A stretch of DNA of 64,000 bases from Octopus sinensis (Eukaryota), in the NCBI RefSeq assembly GCF_006345805.1, contig NC_043012.1, forward strand, positions 1,302,001 to 1,366,000, in the 5' to 3' direction. Below, in pieces: positions 25,563-38,575 of the stretch (the first letter of the stretch is position 1; each line of letters begins with the position of its first letter). A model generated the notes under the pieces. The model searched no databases. It saw only the letters and a program-made list of their open reading frames with translations, and was not told where the DNA came from. Made by a program: the position numbers and the translations under genes.

Positions 25563-26112
25563 AATGGCACAGTGGTTAGGGCAATGGGCTCCCGGTTGTA
25601 GGATCGCGGTTTCAATTCCCAGACCGGGCATTAAATGGATATAGTTTGGTAAGAAGACTATTGGTGTCAGAAGAAAAACATTTCTTTGTTAACACTTCAG
25701 AGATGTTTACCTGCAATACCTTTGATCTACTTTTCAAACTATATCTCATCAATGCTGTGGACCTCATTTCTCCTTTATCCTGGAGTGTATCAAACTATTA
25801 CTTATTTTTCACATTCCATACTCTTCTTGATATCCTGATTGATAAATACATACATACATACATACATGCACATACATACATACATACATGCATACATACA
25901 TACATAATACATACATACATACATATATAAAACAAACGACAGAGATGAAGAATGGAATACATGAGAAACTTTATTGCTCACAGTGATCGTTTTGAGACAG
26001 CCTGCATCGATCTCTCATGGGTGAGAAGCTATACACATAGTTGTCGTGCATCCCTCGGTGCAGAAGCAGCTTGTCAGATGATACAATAAGAGGTATCTCA
26101 GCATGTTGCATC

Positions 26113-26168
<56 letters not shown>

Positions 26169-26339
26169 TATGGGTTTGGTTACTCTGCATTGTAAAAGGG
26201 CAAATACCCTGAAACATGTCTGGAGATGCCTGACCAGCAAGGGGAAATGGCTGACCTCCCCTGTTCGAAGGTTATAATGGACACAGGTTCATGTGTCATA
26301 TAGCTATCTAGATTTGATGGCTTCTTGGAGCTAATTAAC

Positions 26340-26555
26340 GGCAGCTTTAGTCCTATATTTATGGACTGCCATATTAACTTGGTGATAACTGTTATATATA
26401 TATATATTTATATATCCTCTCCTTCCACATGACTGGAGTTCAGCTAAGCCTGACCTTTCTTTCTTGGTTCGACTACCATCCATGTAGCATCTCTTATTTT
26501 CCTTTCCATGACTTTCATCTTCTATGTTCCTGCTGTAAGCTTCACTTCCACACAC
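26340..26555 (-). mobile_element. Degraded RTE-like fragment
   Basis: CGSEA resembles the YGSETW motif; otherwise eroded. Confidence 0.25.
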
Positions 26556-27179
26556 GCCAGCTTAATTTAATTTGTCCTTAGTCAAAAGACACTAATTGTT
26601 AATGTCCTGTTATTTGTATTTGTAACTGTGTACCATTTTTTCGTTCTTTTTTGTCCTTATTTGTGTATACATTCGCTTGCTTCCTTCCAAAGAATCTAGT
26701 GCTCTCAGCTTAGATTTTCTTAGGGCCAGCCAGATTAGACCATTCTTGAGAGTAACCGGCTGAAACTGCAAAGACGATCTGGTACTCAACTAAAGATTGA
26801 AAGCTCTGAATGACCCGTCCTTGTTTTTCCCTGTCCTTTTTTGTATCATCTAACTGTCTGAATGTTTTGTTGTTGTCTGTTACATTCTTGTTCCATTATA
26901 TATATATATATATAATATATATGACAAGAAATAATTTTTGCTTCTTTTTATGAAGACAAAAGGGTTTATAGGACTGGAAGAAAGAAGTGCTCAAGTGAAT
27001 TGAGACAGAGATAAAAAAATATTGATTAGAGAACAAACATCAAATTCAAGTCAACGACTTTATATAACAACACACTTCCATATACAGTTGATCATATATA
27101 AACATTACCGTGGCCTTCAACATATAAAAGGAATACATATAAAAACACAGAAGGTAAAAAAATATATATTATACATATA

Positions 27180-27355
27180 TGCGCAGGAGTGGCTGTGTGG
27201 TAAGTAGCTTGCTTACCAGCCACATGGATCCGGGTTCAGTCCCACTGCGTGGCACCTTGGGCAAGTGTCTTCTGCTATAGCCCCGGGCTGACCAATGCCT
27301 TGTGAGTGGATTTGGTAGACGGAAACTGAAAGAAGCCTGTCGTATATATGTATAA

Positions 27356-27387
<32 letters not shown>

Positions 27388-27598
27388 TTGTGTGTCTGTG
27401 TTTGTCCCCCTAGCATTGCTTGACAACCGATGCTGGTGTGTTTATGTCCCCGTTACTTAGTGGTTCGGCAAAAGAGACCGATAGAATAAGTACTGGGCTT
27501 ACAAAAGAATAAGTCCCGGGGTCGAGTTGCTCGATTAAAGGCGGTGCTCCAGCATGGCCACAGTCAAATGACTGAAACAAGTAAAAAAAGTAAAAAGA
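27180..27598 (+). mobile_element. SINE-A (tRNA-like head with A/B boxes)
   Basis: gcaggagtggctgtgtggtaag (A-box-like) ... gggttcagtccc (B-box-like), then microsatellite and tail. Confidence 0.9.
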
Positions 27599-27856
27599 GT
27601 ATATATAACATCATCATCATCGTTGTCATTGTCATAGAACATCTGCTTTCCATACTGACGGTTTGACTGAGAACTGGCAAACCGGGAGGTTGCACCAGGC
27701 TCGAATCTGATATATATATATACACACAAACACATATACATACGTATACACACATATGCACATGTATACACATATGCATACATATGTATATATATATATA
27801 TACACACACACACACGCACACACACACACACACACATATATATATACATATGCATA

Positions 27857-28063
27857 TCTCTTTTACTTGTTTCAGTCATTTGACTGTGGCCATACTGGAG
27901 CACCGCCTTTACTCGAGAAAATCGACCCCAGGACTTATTCTTTGTAAGCCTAGTACTTATTCTATTGGTCTCTTTTGCTGAACCGCTAAGTTACGGGGAC
28001 GTAAACACACCAGCAGCAGTTGTCAAGCAATGTTGGGGGACAAACACAGACACACAAACACAC

Positions 28064-28105
<42 letters not shown>

Positions 28106-28293
28106 TATATATACATACATATGCATATATACGATGGGCTTCTTTCAGTTTCCTTCTACCAAATCAACTCACAAGGCTTTGGTCGGCCCACGGCTATAGT
28201 AGAAGACACTTGCCCAAGGTGCCACGCAGTGGGACTGAACCCGGAACCATGTGGTTGGTAAGCAAGCTACTTACCACACAGCCACTCCTGCGC
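27857..28293 (-). mobile_element. SINE-A
   Basis: Full-length; inverted relative to 27180-27598. Confidence 0.9.
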
Positions 28294-28314
28294 CTATATG
28301 TATATATATGTATA

Positions 28315-28470
28315 TGGTGTTAGGAAGGGCATCCAGCTGTAGAAACTCTGCCAGATCAAGATTGGAGCCTGGTGCAGCCATCTGGCTCGCCGACCCTCAG
28401 TCAAATTGTCCAACCCATGCTAGCATAGAAAGTGGACATTAAATGATGATGATGATGATGATGATGATGA
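28315..28470 (+). mobile_element. SINE-C (3' part)
   Basis: Family tail. Confidence 0.85.
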
Positions 28471-28687
28471 TATATTCCTTTATGTCTATTTCCTTTTCTT
28501 TATATTATTTATGTATAAATATTTTAAGTTATAAACTGATCTGATAAATGTTTCTTTATTTGTACTGTTATACACGTACCATCTTGATTGATATATTGCG
28601 CTTTGCCATTCTTTGTTTAGGCAGCTATCACATCATTACACTTAAAGCTAGTGTTTAGGAGCAAATTCACTAATATCATAAGTATAC

Positions 28688-28732
<45 letters not shown>

Positions 28733-28734
28733 TG

Positions 28735-28945
28735 TGAATATGAGAGAGACTTTGAGACTGTCCTTGAAGCGCTTCTTCTGCCTTCCGACTTTGCGTTTGC
28801 CCTGGCTGAGTTCACCGTAGAAGAGCTGTTTTGGGATGCGAGTGTCGGACATGCAGGAGACGGGGCCTGCCCATCTCAGCTGGGCCTTGCGCATGATCGT
28901 GATGGTGCTAGGGAGATCTGCCTGCTTCAGAACTTCCGTTGAACC
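28735..28945 (-). mobile_element. RTE-clade LINE fragment
   Basis: KAQLRWAGPVSCMSDTRIPKQLFYGELSQGKRKVGRQKKRFKDSLK. Confidence 0.85.
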
Positions 28946-29039
28946 CAAAGGACGAACATTATTATATATATATATATATGTATATATGTGTTTGTGTGTC
29001 CATGTATACACACACACACAAAATAGAGATATATGTGTA

Positions 29040-29777
29040 CTCTTTTACTTTTTAACTCTTTTAACTTGTTTCAGTCATTTGACTGTGGCCATGCTGGAGC
29101 ACCGGCTTTAGTTGAGCAAATCGGCCCCAAGACTTATGCTTTGTAAGCCTAGTGCTTAATTTATTGGTCTCTTTTGCTGAACCACAAAGTTACGGTGATG
29201 TAAATGCACCAGCATCAGTTGTCAAGTGTTGTAGGGGGGGACAAATACAGACACGCAAACATATACACACACATACACACATATATACATATATACGATG
29301 GGCTTCTTTCAGTTTCTGTCTACCAAATCCACTCGCAAAGCTTTGATCAGCCCGAGGCCATAGTAGAAGACACTTGACCAAGGTGCCATGCAGTGGGACT
29401 GAACCCGGAGCCATGTGGTTTGTAAGCAAGCTATTTACCACACAGCCACTCCTACACCTATGCATCAATACATATGTATCTATGTATCTATGTATACATA
29501 AATACATATACATGCATATACATATATATAAATGTAAATCATTATATATATATATATACTCTTTTACTCTTTTACTTGTTTCAGTCATTTGACTGTGGCC
29601 ATGCTGGAGCACCGCCTTTAATCGAGCAACTCGACCCCGGGACTTATTCTTTTGTAAGCCCAGTACTTATTCTATCAGTCTCTTTTGCCAAACCGCTAAG
29701 TAACGGGGACATAAACACAACAGCATCAGTTATCAAGCAATGCTAGGGGGACAAACACAGACACACAAACACACACG

Positions 29778-29813
<36 letters not shown>

Positions 29814-29974
29814 GACGGGCTTCTTTCAGTTTCCGTCTACCAAATCCACTCACAAGGCTTTGGTCGGCCCGAGGCTATAGTAGAAGACACTTGCCCAAGG
29901 TGCCACACAGTGGGACTGAACCCAGAACCATGTGGCTGGTAAACAAGCTACTACCACACAGCCACTCCTGCACC

Positions 29975-29975
<1 letters not shown>
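29040..29975 (-). mobile_element. Two adjacent SINE-A copies (29040-29460, 29558-29975)
   Basis: Two full-length copies in the same orientation. Confidence 0.9.
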
Positions 29976-30006
<31 letters not shown>

Positions 30007-30045
30007 ATATTATATATATATATATAATATATATACATATATATA

Positions 30046-30084
<39 letters not shown>

Positions 30085-30466
30085 AATGGTCATCATCATT
30101 TAGCATCCATTGTCCATACTGGTATGAGTTAGATTTTTTTTACTGGACCTGAGAAAGCAGAGAGTCATACCAGGCTCCAATTGTTTGTTTTGACATGGTT
30201 TCTACAAGAGGTTGACCTTCCTGAAGCCAACCCTTTTACAGAGTGTACAGGGTGTTGTTTACGTAGCAACAGCACTGGCAAAGGTGACCAAGAATCTGTA
30301 AGACAAAGATTTATCAACTGAAAGAGGAAGTAGTATGGCTGTAGGTGACGATAGGTTACTGTATAGCAGAGGGACAGAAACAGGTGTCTTACGGTATAGG
30401 AGATACATGCTTACCTCAGTTGGAGGGAGAGAGATTGAGAGAGACAGAGTGAAAGAGAATGGAAAT

Positions 30467-30920
30467 ATATTTCTTTATTACCCACAAGGGGCTAAACATA
30501 GAGGGGACAAACAAGGACAGACAAAGGGATTAAATCGATTACATCGACCCCCAGTGTGCAACTGGTACTTAATTTAATCGACACCGAAAGGATGAAAAGC
30601 AAAGTCGACCTCGGCGGAATTTGAACTCACAACGTGACGGCAGACGAAATACTGCTAAGCATTTCGCCCGACGTGCTAATGTTCCTTATTTCTTTATTAC
30701 CCACAAGGGGCTAAACATAGAGGGGACAAACAAGGACAGACAAAGGGAGTAAATCGATTACATCGACCCCAGTGCACTACTGGTACTTAATTTAATCGAC
30801 CCCGAAAGGATGAAAAGCAAAGTCGACCTCGGCGGAATTTGAACTCACAACGTGACGGCAGACGAAATACCGCTAAACATTTCGCCCGGCGTGCTAACGT
30901 TTCTGCCAGCTTGCTGCCTT
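30467..30920 (-). mobile_element. Tandem dimer of SINE-B
   Basis: Two near-identical units back to back. Confidence 0.9.
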
Positions 30921-31039
30921 GTGAGAGAGAATGGAAATAAAAGAGAGTAAGGGAGAGTGTGAGAGGTGGTGGAGCTGTGTGAAGTCATAATCTCAAATAC
31001 ATGAGTGTGAAGATAAATGGAATGGTTTATAAATACATA

Positions 31040-31450
31040 TGCAAACACACACACACACACAGCTGACCTGGCAGACACCCATAAAATTATCAACCATCGC
31101 ACAAACAATAACACTGAGCACCTCTTTAAACTCCACCCATCTAACACCCGTGGACATATTTACAAAGTAAGAAAACAGCACAGCTCCCATGACTTCAGGA
31201 AACATTTTTTCACGCTGAGAGTTGCTGAAGCGTGGAACAAACTGCCGGCATCGGTTGTTAGCTGTTGGAGCACTGCATCCTTCAAGACTTCCATGCTTCC
31301 TGAGATTCGCCAACACTACACTTGATTTTCTCCCCTCCATACACACACAAGCATGTTCACTTTCCAGACATTTCTACATTACTGCATGTACTTTATATGC
31401 ACTTTCTGACAAGTTGTGGTGCACCTGAGCACTGTATACAATTATTTCAT
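31040..31450 (+). mobile_element. CR1-like LINE 3' end
   Basis: NTRGHIYKVRKQHSSHDFRKHFFTLRVAEAWNKLPASVVS...SFK, a classic CR1 C-terminus. Confidence 0.85.
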
Positions 31451-31878
31451 TATTATATTATTATATAGATATAACATTTGCAATACGTCCCCTTCTGAGA
31501 GTAAAGGAAAAGACAGCAGATCACACACCATATGAACCAAACAATGTCTCTATTACTTTTTAGGCAATTCTGTTACTGATTCACCAAATGAGTTCTGAAT
31601 GAACTTAGCTCTTAAATCAGCACCAATCAACATCTTTATTAGGAGGTTAACAGAATTACTACCTTCATATCCTATGAGCATAATGCACAATATTTAACCT
31701 TCAGCAGATGCGCGCTTGCAAAAGTGAGATCACTTATATACACATATATACACATGTATGTATGTATGTATGTATGTATGTATGTATAGGGAGAGTTTAC
31801 GAAAAAAACAAAAGACGAAGACAGATGGTGTACAAAACAAACAGGTGTATTAGTATAATGCTCAGGAATAGAAAAAAT

Positions 31879-31914
31879 CTTTTACGTTTCGAGCCTAGGC
31901 TCTTCTACAGAAAG
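31879..31914 (-). ncRNA. Hammerhead-like motif, CUGUAGA family, unit 1 of trimer
   Basis: Minus strand: CUUU-CUGUAGA-A-GAGC(CUAG)GCUC-GAAA-CG-UA^AAAG. Confidence 0.6.
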
Positions 31915-32100
31915 GGACACAGAAAAAACAAGGAGAGAAAAAATGTGTGTAGTGGCTAACGATCTATCATGGTGACTAATGTTTTGTATGTATGTATGTA
32001 TGTATGTATAGGGAGAGTTTACGAAAAAAACAAAAGACGAAGACAGATGGTGTACAAAACAAACAGGTGTATTAGTATAATGCTCAGGAATAGAAAAAAT

Positions 32101-32136
32101 CTTTTACGTTTCGAGCCTAGGCTCTTCTACAGAAAG
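32101..32136 (-). ncRNA. Hammerhead-like motif, CUGUAGA family, unit 2 of trimer
   Basis: Identical to unit 1. Confidence 0.6.
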
Positions 32137-32317
32137 GGACACAGAAACAAGGAGAGAAAAAATGTGTGTAGTGGCTAACGATCTATCATGGTGACTAATG
32201 TTTTGTATGTATGTATGTATGTATGTATAGGGAGAGTTTACGAAAAAAACAAAAGACGAGACAGATGGGTACAAAACAAACAGATGTATTAGTATAACGC
32301 TCAGGAATAGAAAAAGT

Positions 32318-32353
32318 CTTTTACGTTTCGAGCGTATGCTCTTCTACAGAAAG
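32318..32353 (-). ncRNA. Hammerhead-like motif, CUGUAGA family, unit 3 of trimer
   Basis: Same core and stems; loop II is AUAC rather than CUAG. Confidence 0.6.
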
Positions 32354-32655
32354 GGACACAGAAAAAACAAGGAGAGAGAAAATGTGTGTAGTGGCTAACG
32401 ATCTATCATGGCGACTAGTGTATGTATGTATGTATGTATGTATGTATGTATGTATGTATGTATGTATGTACAGAAATCCAACGACTATCACGGGTGTTAT
32501 ATTCCAAAATCTCCCGCGATTGGTGAAAATCCACAAAGTAGAAACAGCACAGTACTCCATATATTTTTTAATTATTTTTTATAATTTATATATATTTATT
32601 TTATTATAAATGCAAAACAACACCATCGAGGAATCAAGGTAAGCTTAAATAATAA

Positions 32656-32718
32656 ACCGCGATAGGTAAACCATGATAGGTGAACCGTGATAGGTGAACC
32701 ATGATAGATGAACCATGA
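32656..32718. repeat. 14-bp tandem repeat (aacc.tgataggtg), ~4.5 copies
   Basis: Directly visible. Confidence 0.8.
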
Positions 32719-32744
32719 TGTGGCAAGGGATTACTGTATGTGCA

Positions 32745-33070
32745 ATGATGCATGGCTCAGTGGTTAGAGTGGTTGTAAGTTTGATTCCTGGATTGGGCTG
32801 TGTGTGGTGTTCTTGGGCAAGACACTTTATTTCACATTGCTCCAGTTAACTCAGCTGTAGAAATGAGTTGCGACATCACTGGTGCCAAGCTGTATCGGCC
32901 CCTTTGCGTTCCCCTTGGATAACACTGGTGATGTGGAGAGAGGAGTCTGGTATGCATGGGCGACTACTGGTCTTCCATAAAAACAACCTTACTTGGACTT
33001 GTGCCTCAGAGGGGTACTTTGTAGGTGTGATCCCATGGTAATTCATGACTAAAAGGGATCTTTACCCTTT
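32745..33070 (+). mobile_element. SINE-D
   Basis: Paralog of 21190-21530. Confidence 0.85.
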
Positions 33071-33114
33071 ACCCTTTGTGTGTGTGTGTATATATATATA
33101 TATATGTGTGTGTG

Positions 33115-33192
<78 letters not shown>

Positions 33193-33613
33193 GCCTCTAA
33201 CTCATGCTGGCTTGGAAAAACAGATAGAAAGTGGACAAACAAATGTGTGTGTATGCATGTGTATGTGAGTGTTTGTACTTGTATGTATTTTTTCACGTGT
33301 GTGTGTGTGTAATGTCATTTGGCATCAGTTTGGTGAATTGTTACTTTTTGTTGTGAAATCACATGACTCTATTGGTCAGCGCTAGTTAGCAGTGAATATA
33401 TTAGGTCTGATGAAAGATAAATTGACTGAATTTGCAATATTGATTTCATACAGTCATACATTTGGCAAACAGTTTCCAATATATAGAGAAAAGAAGAAAA
33501 AAAAGTGTTGCAGAATGTATGCTGGAATGTCATTGCAAATGGTATTAGAAATGTGAAATTATGAGCTAAATATTTACAGAATGGAACTGAAATCATCAGA
33601 TTTGATTCTTCAG

Positions 33614-33743
33614 TAATGAACCTGTAAAGCCACAGTTTTTGTCTACTAATGATGTTGGCACAGCAAACTCTGATTTACTCAGATTTTATAAAATCTTATT
33701 TTGGCTTCAAAATATGGAGGGAGAAATTCCTCACTATACAATG
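33614..33743 (+). CDS. Candidate downstream exon (phase 2 to 0)
   Basis: tttgattcttcag| and ATG|GTAAAC. Open frame NEPVKPQFLSTNDVGTANSDLLRFYKILFWLQNMEGEIPHYTM; phase is compatible with the TM exon end. Confidence 0.35.
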
Positions 33744-34814
33744 GTAAACAATTATGGGCGCAGGAGTGCCTGTGTGGTAAGTAAGGAGCATTGCTGGCAG
33801 TTGCTAGTACACTGCCGGCATGTCCTGAAGCCCCTTCGATGGGAATTGTGCCACCAGAGGGGGGGATTTGACTCTCCCTATGTTGAGGAGGAATTTGTAG
33901 CCCTGTGCCACAGGGGAGGGGAAATCCAAAAAATGATTAAAAAGTTTAATAAAAAAAGGTCGATGGGAAGGAATTAGTACCTGTGTCAAGAACCCTGATT
34001 GGCCTCCGCAGGTAGCTGCGGAGGTCATATGGGGAAAAAACTTGTTTGAGGTAATAGAGTCCTTCCTTGAGGACTCCTTTCACTTTTTGCTGAAAATCCC
34101 GACCTAGCACCATCGAGGTGCTTGAGTGTGGCATTGAGCCTGGTCAGGTGATGGCGGGCCGGAAAAATTAAAAGGCTTAGTGCCTCGTATTGTGTTTCAA
34201 CCTTAAAGTAGGAGGTTTAATGCCTCGGTCTGTTGTTTTGCTTTGTGTTTGAGTTTATTGGTCGTAAGGGGCTCAGAGTCTTAGTTGAGAATGAACTACA
34301 GAACTAAAGTAAGAGGTTTAATACCTCGTTTTGTTTTTTTTTTCCTGTGTAAAACAAAAATGAAGAATAATATTTTAGACAAGCAAAAAGTCGGCCGGCA
34401 TTTTTTGTCTTCTCCCATCAATATCATCCTTTTTCATCATTCATCTCATCAATGTTTTTGTCCAGCCTGCAATGTACTCTGTGTTATGCCTTTATGGCAA
34501 AATTTTGAAATAAAGTAGCATGCATATGATTCTGGGTTCAGTCCCACTGCATGGCACCTTGGGCAAGTGTCTTCTACTATAGCTTTGGGCTGACCAAAGC
34601 CTTGTGAGTGGATTTAGTAGACGGAAACAACAATAACAATGATGATGATTTCAAATTTTGGCACAAGGCCAGCAATTTTTTTTTGTTGGGGGGAGTGTGA
34701 TGATTGCATCAAGCCCCAGTGCTCAACTTGCAATTCTCTTATGAACCCTAAAAGGATGAAGCAGCTGCAGCAGCAGCAGCAGCAGAAGCAGCAGTAGTAG
34801 TAGTAGTAGTAGTA

Positions 34815-35281
34815 ATCAGCAGTCTTATTTTTATCACGTGCACTTACTGCACTACCAAGTGCAGCTCTGTGCACCTTGGGTATGTGTTGCGGTTTGGTTT
34901 GATGCTCTTATTTTTACTGTATTGAAAGTGTTTTACGTAGGATGTGTGCGGTGCCCAGAAGTGCTATTTTCTGTATGTTATATATATACTTGTTAGTCCT
35001 GGTGTTTTGTTATGTATTTATCTGGAATATCTTTTTATCATACCTAATGCACTTACTATTACAGGAATTGTTTCTGTTTTTTAGACTCCACATTTGAGTT
35101 AATTCTATTTCCAGGTTTTTTATATTTTGGAAGTTTCTCCATTTCTTTTAGAGAAACATTGTGATTCGTTGATACTGATATATCGATTAGAAAGCATTTT
35201 TTTTCTTGATGATCTCTGACAACTACATCCGGCCTATAAGCCTTAATTTCTCTATCTGTGTGTATTGGCATATCCCATAGT

Positions 35282-35282
<1 letters not shown>
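34815..35282 (-). mobile_element. Short copy of the same RLE-type LINE
   Basis: MPIHTDREIKAYRPDVVVRDHQEKKCFLIDISVSTNHNVSLKEMEK; 3' end matches 56640-56712. Confidence 0.8.
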
Positions 35283-35650
<368 letters not shown>

Positions 35651-36172
35651 TGGGGCTCCAGCATGGACACAGCTCTCGAGCAGAAACTAGAAAAGCAAAA
35701 TACTATGGTGTAATTAAAGGGAGGTTTAGCTTTCGTTTCCAATAAGTCACATGACTGTATTGAACTACACAGATTTTCTTCGTTAGCTTGCTCATTAGCG
35801 ATAATTAACACATTTGGTATTTGGATTAATGATATTTCCATGAAAGCTTTCATCCAACTTTCCATGGAAGACTGTACCTGGTTTTTGTAATATATTTCAC
35901 TGCACATGTATGAAAATCTGGGTTATCGTTGTTTTGGGGGAATTTTCTCCTACTTTTTTTTTCTGGAAATGTATATTGCTAAAATGGTATTGATGCGTAG
36001 ATGGAATTGTACTTTGGATATTTTGTCAGCTACTACTATTCTACTAATTTATTAATGTGTATGAGTGCATATGCATGTGCGTGTATGTGTATTCATGTGT
36101 GTGTGTGTGTTCTTACATATTTATAAGACACACACACACATATATATGTATATACATATGTATGTCTTTCTC

Positions 36173-36241
<69 letters not shown>

Positions 36242-36372
36242 ACACACACACTCATGAAGAGTATTCATTAAAGATTTCCCCTGACCCGTTCCGGTTATTG
36301 CAGGAAATGGAACTAGTACAGATATAAGCATTCATGCCTCTACATGTCACATTGTAAATTTTAGCTTTCTAT

Positions 36373-36438
36373 ATGGCTTAGTGGTTAAGAGCATGGGCTA
36401 CTAACCCCAAGATTCTGAGTTTGATTCCAGGCAGTGAT

Positions 36439-36497
<59 letters not shown>

Positions 36498-36706
36498 TGA
36501 TGATGATGATGACGATGATGATGATGACAATGACGACGACGACGACAACGACATCGAAAAATACCTTAGGAATAAGAACCCAGGTTCGAAATTTCCCCAA
36601 GACACCTGATGAAGGCTGGAGGGTAAATCAGCTGAAACGTGTTAACAACAAACAAGATGAGGACAAATATCCGTCAAATGTAAATAATGTAAATAATGTA
36701 AATAAT
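36373..36706 (+). mobile_element. SINE-F: tRNA-like head, (AAT)(GAT)(GAC) repeats, HHR-like tail, (AATGTAAAT)3 end
   Basis: A box tggcttagtgg, B box gtttgattcc; tail motif at 36601-36643. Confidence 0.7.
36601..36643 (+). ncRNA. Hammerhead-like motif in a SINE tail (cleavage triplet apparently missing)
   Basis: GACAC-CUGAUGA-A-GGCUG(gagggUaaau)CAGCU-GAAA-C-GUGUU. The stem I partner GUGUU follows GAAAC directly. Confidence 0.45.
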
Positions 36707-36719
36707 CCACTACTATTTG

Positions 36720-37570
36720 TCTGACTTTTACGGCTGCTGAAGTGGACTAAAGCATTATAACGGAGGCAGTTGAATGCAGATCAGTGACGAGGTTCTTATA
36801 ATTGAAAGGTTGTACTTATTAAGTAAGATAAAATGGTTTAAAATTTTAGTGAAGGAATTTAAATAAGTAAATTGAAAAATAAAGTTATTGTAGAATATTG
36901 TAGATAAGGGGTAGACTAGATTTGTGTTCTAAAAACTCATTATAGAATATACCTAGCTTATTTATAATAGGTGAGGTAAGCTGCTATAAGAAAATACCTT
37001 ATAATTACATTATAATTTTATAATTACTAGATTAAAATTAATATTTCCTTATCATGGAGTTGTCATGAAAGATTAGTGTTTAATATCGGGTGAAGAAATG
37101 ATCAAGCTATTGGTTAAAAATTATATTATTAATAAGACTTTTATAGAAATAGAGACTAAGTAACCTAGATATTATTATCTGTTCTTTATCAGGTTTTGAA
37201 TATTAATTAAGGGGATTTAGAAGAACTTTTTATGAGAATATTCTTAGTAAATAAAGTATTGATTGCCACACATATCAAAAACTTTAAAATATAATGGAAG
37301 GGAGGCTACCAAGATGAAAGTTCCTAGAATAAGGAATATTTAAATTTAGTATTCAAGAATGAAGCGTGGTTTTTATGGGGCATAATAATTTAGGCTAGTT
37401 AGAGGTAATATTTATAAAAAAAAAATTAGATGTAGTAGAATTCTTGCAGAAATAAGATATGGAAATTACCTGATGTTATATTTGCATTGTTTAAGTAAAT
37501 GGAGTCGCCTGAAACAATCATACTGCATTACCTCTAGATATCCTTGTTGCTTATTTTGATAATAATCCCC
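36720..37570 (-). mobile_element. Possible very old LINE RT remnant
   Basis: Many stops; only faint motifs (V.Q.DC...L, YLGY). Confidence 0.2.
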
Positions 37571-37761
37571 CCATTTTGAATTATATGGATTATACCATGC
37601 TAAATTCTGGTGCCTTTAACTTAAGTATCATATTCAACTGAATCTAAATTTTTACTGAACTTATATATATATATATATATATATATATCCCGAGTCAGAC
37701 GCCATGAAAAATCATTAGCCACTTCACACATTTTTTTCTCTCCTTGCTTTTTTCTGTGTCC

Positions 37762-37797
37762 CTTTCTGTAGAAGAGAGTAGGCTTGAAACGTAAAAG
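37762..37797 (+). ncRNA. Hammerhead-like motif, CUGUAGA family, weakened stem II
   Basis: CUUU-CUGUAGA-A-GAGA(GUAG)GCUU-GAAA-CG-UA^AAAG, in element 37690-37888. Confidence 0.45.
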
Positions 37798-38533
37798 ACT
37801 TTTTCTTTTCCTGAGCGTTATACTAATACATCTGTTTGTTTTGTACACCACCTGTCTTCGTTTTTTTTTTTGTAAACTCTCCCTATATATATATATATGC
37901 AAACACACACATGCACACTTTTACACACACACATACACATACACAAACATAATTTTTTTGTCAACCATACCTTCAGCAGCAAAACAGTTATTTCTATTTT
38001 GTCTTCATTTCCTTACTCTCTCTCTCTTCCTTCCCATCCCCGTGCCACCATCACCCATCCCCTTCACTCAGTTGTTGCCATCATCACCTCCCACTTTCAC
38101 TCCACAACCATTCCTCTCCCCGTTTCTCTATCATCCACTCCAAGCCACTCCACTCTTTTTACTCCATGCTTAACATGACCATTTCCTTACCAACCAAAGT
38201 AAGAAATCAACTTTGTTAAGAACTTTGTTTATGATCAAAATAATATTTCCATACTATTTTTTTTACGGAAGAGTAGTTCAGTTTTTGCTCCTTCAATTTT
38301 CCATTCTTGAGAAGCACATTCTTCACCACCACCACCACCACATACAACCACCACCACCACCACCTCTACTGCAACTGCCACCAACACTGACTTCAGAAAC
38401 ATGTTCTTTCCTTTACCGTCATTTCAATTTCCAGATATTCTTTCATTTATTCCTTCTTCAAACCGAAGTCCCTCTACAAATAAAAGCTCTCCTATTCACT
38501 TCTTTTCCTTAGCTATTTCAGCTTCTACTTTGA

Positions 38534-38575
<42 letters not shown>

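Larger units (their letters stand above)
31789..32418 (-). repeat. Head-to-tail trimer of a ~190-bp HHR-bearing unit separated by (TATG)n
   Basis: Units start at 31789, 32011 and 32230 and are near-identical. Solo copies at 10078-10240 and 37690-37888. Confidence 0.9.

Noticed and set aside
26180-26226. AGGG(caaata)CCCU-GAAA-CAUG-UC hammerhead half
   Set aside because: The CUGANGA strand is too eroded; at most a relic.
36720-37570. Possible mitochondrial insertion (AT-rich)
   Set aside because: No recognisable mitochondrial gene motifs; faint LINE RT-like motifs instead.
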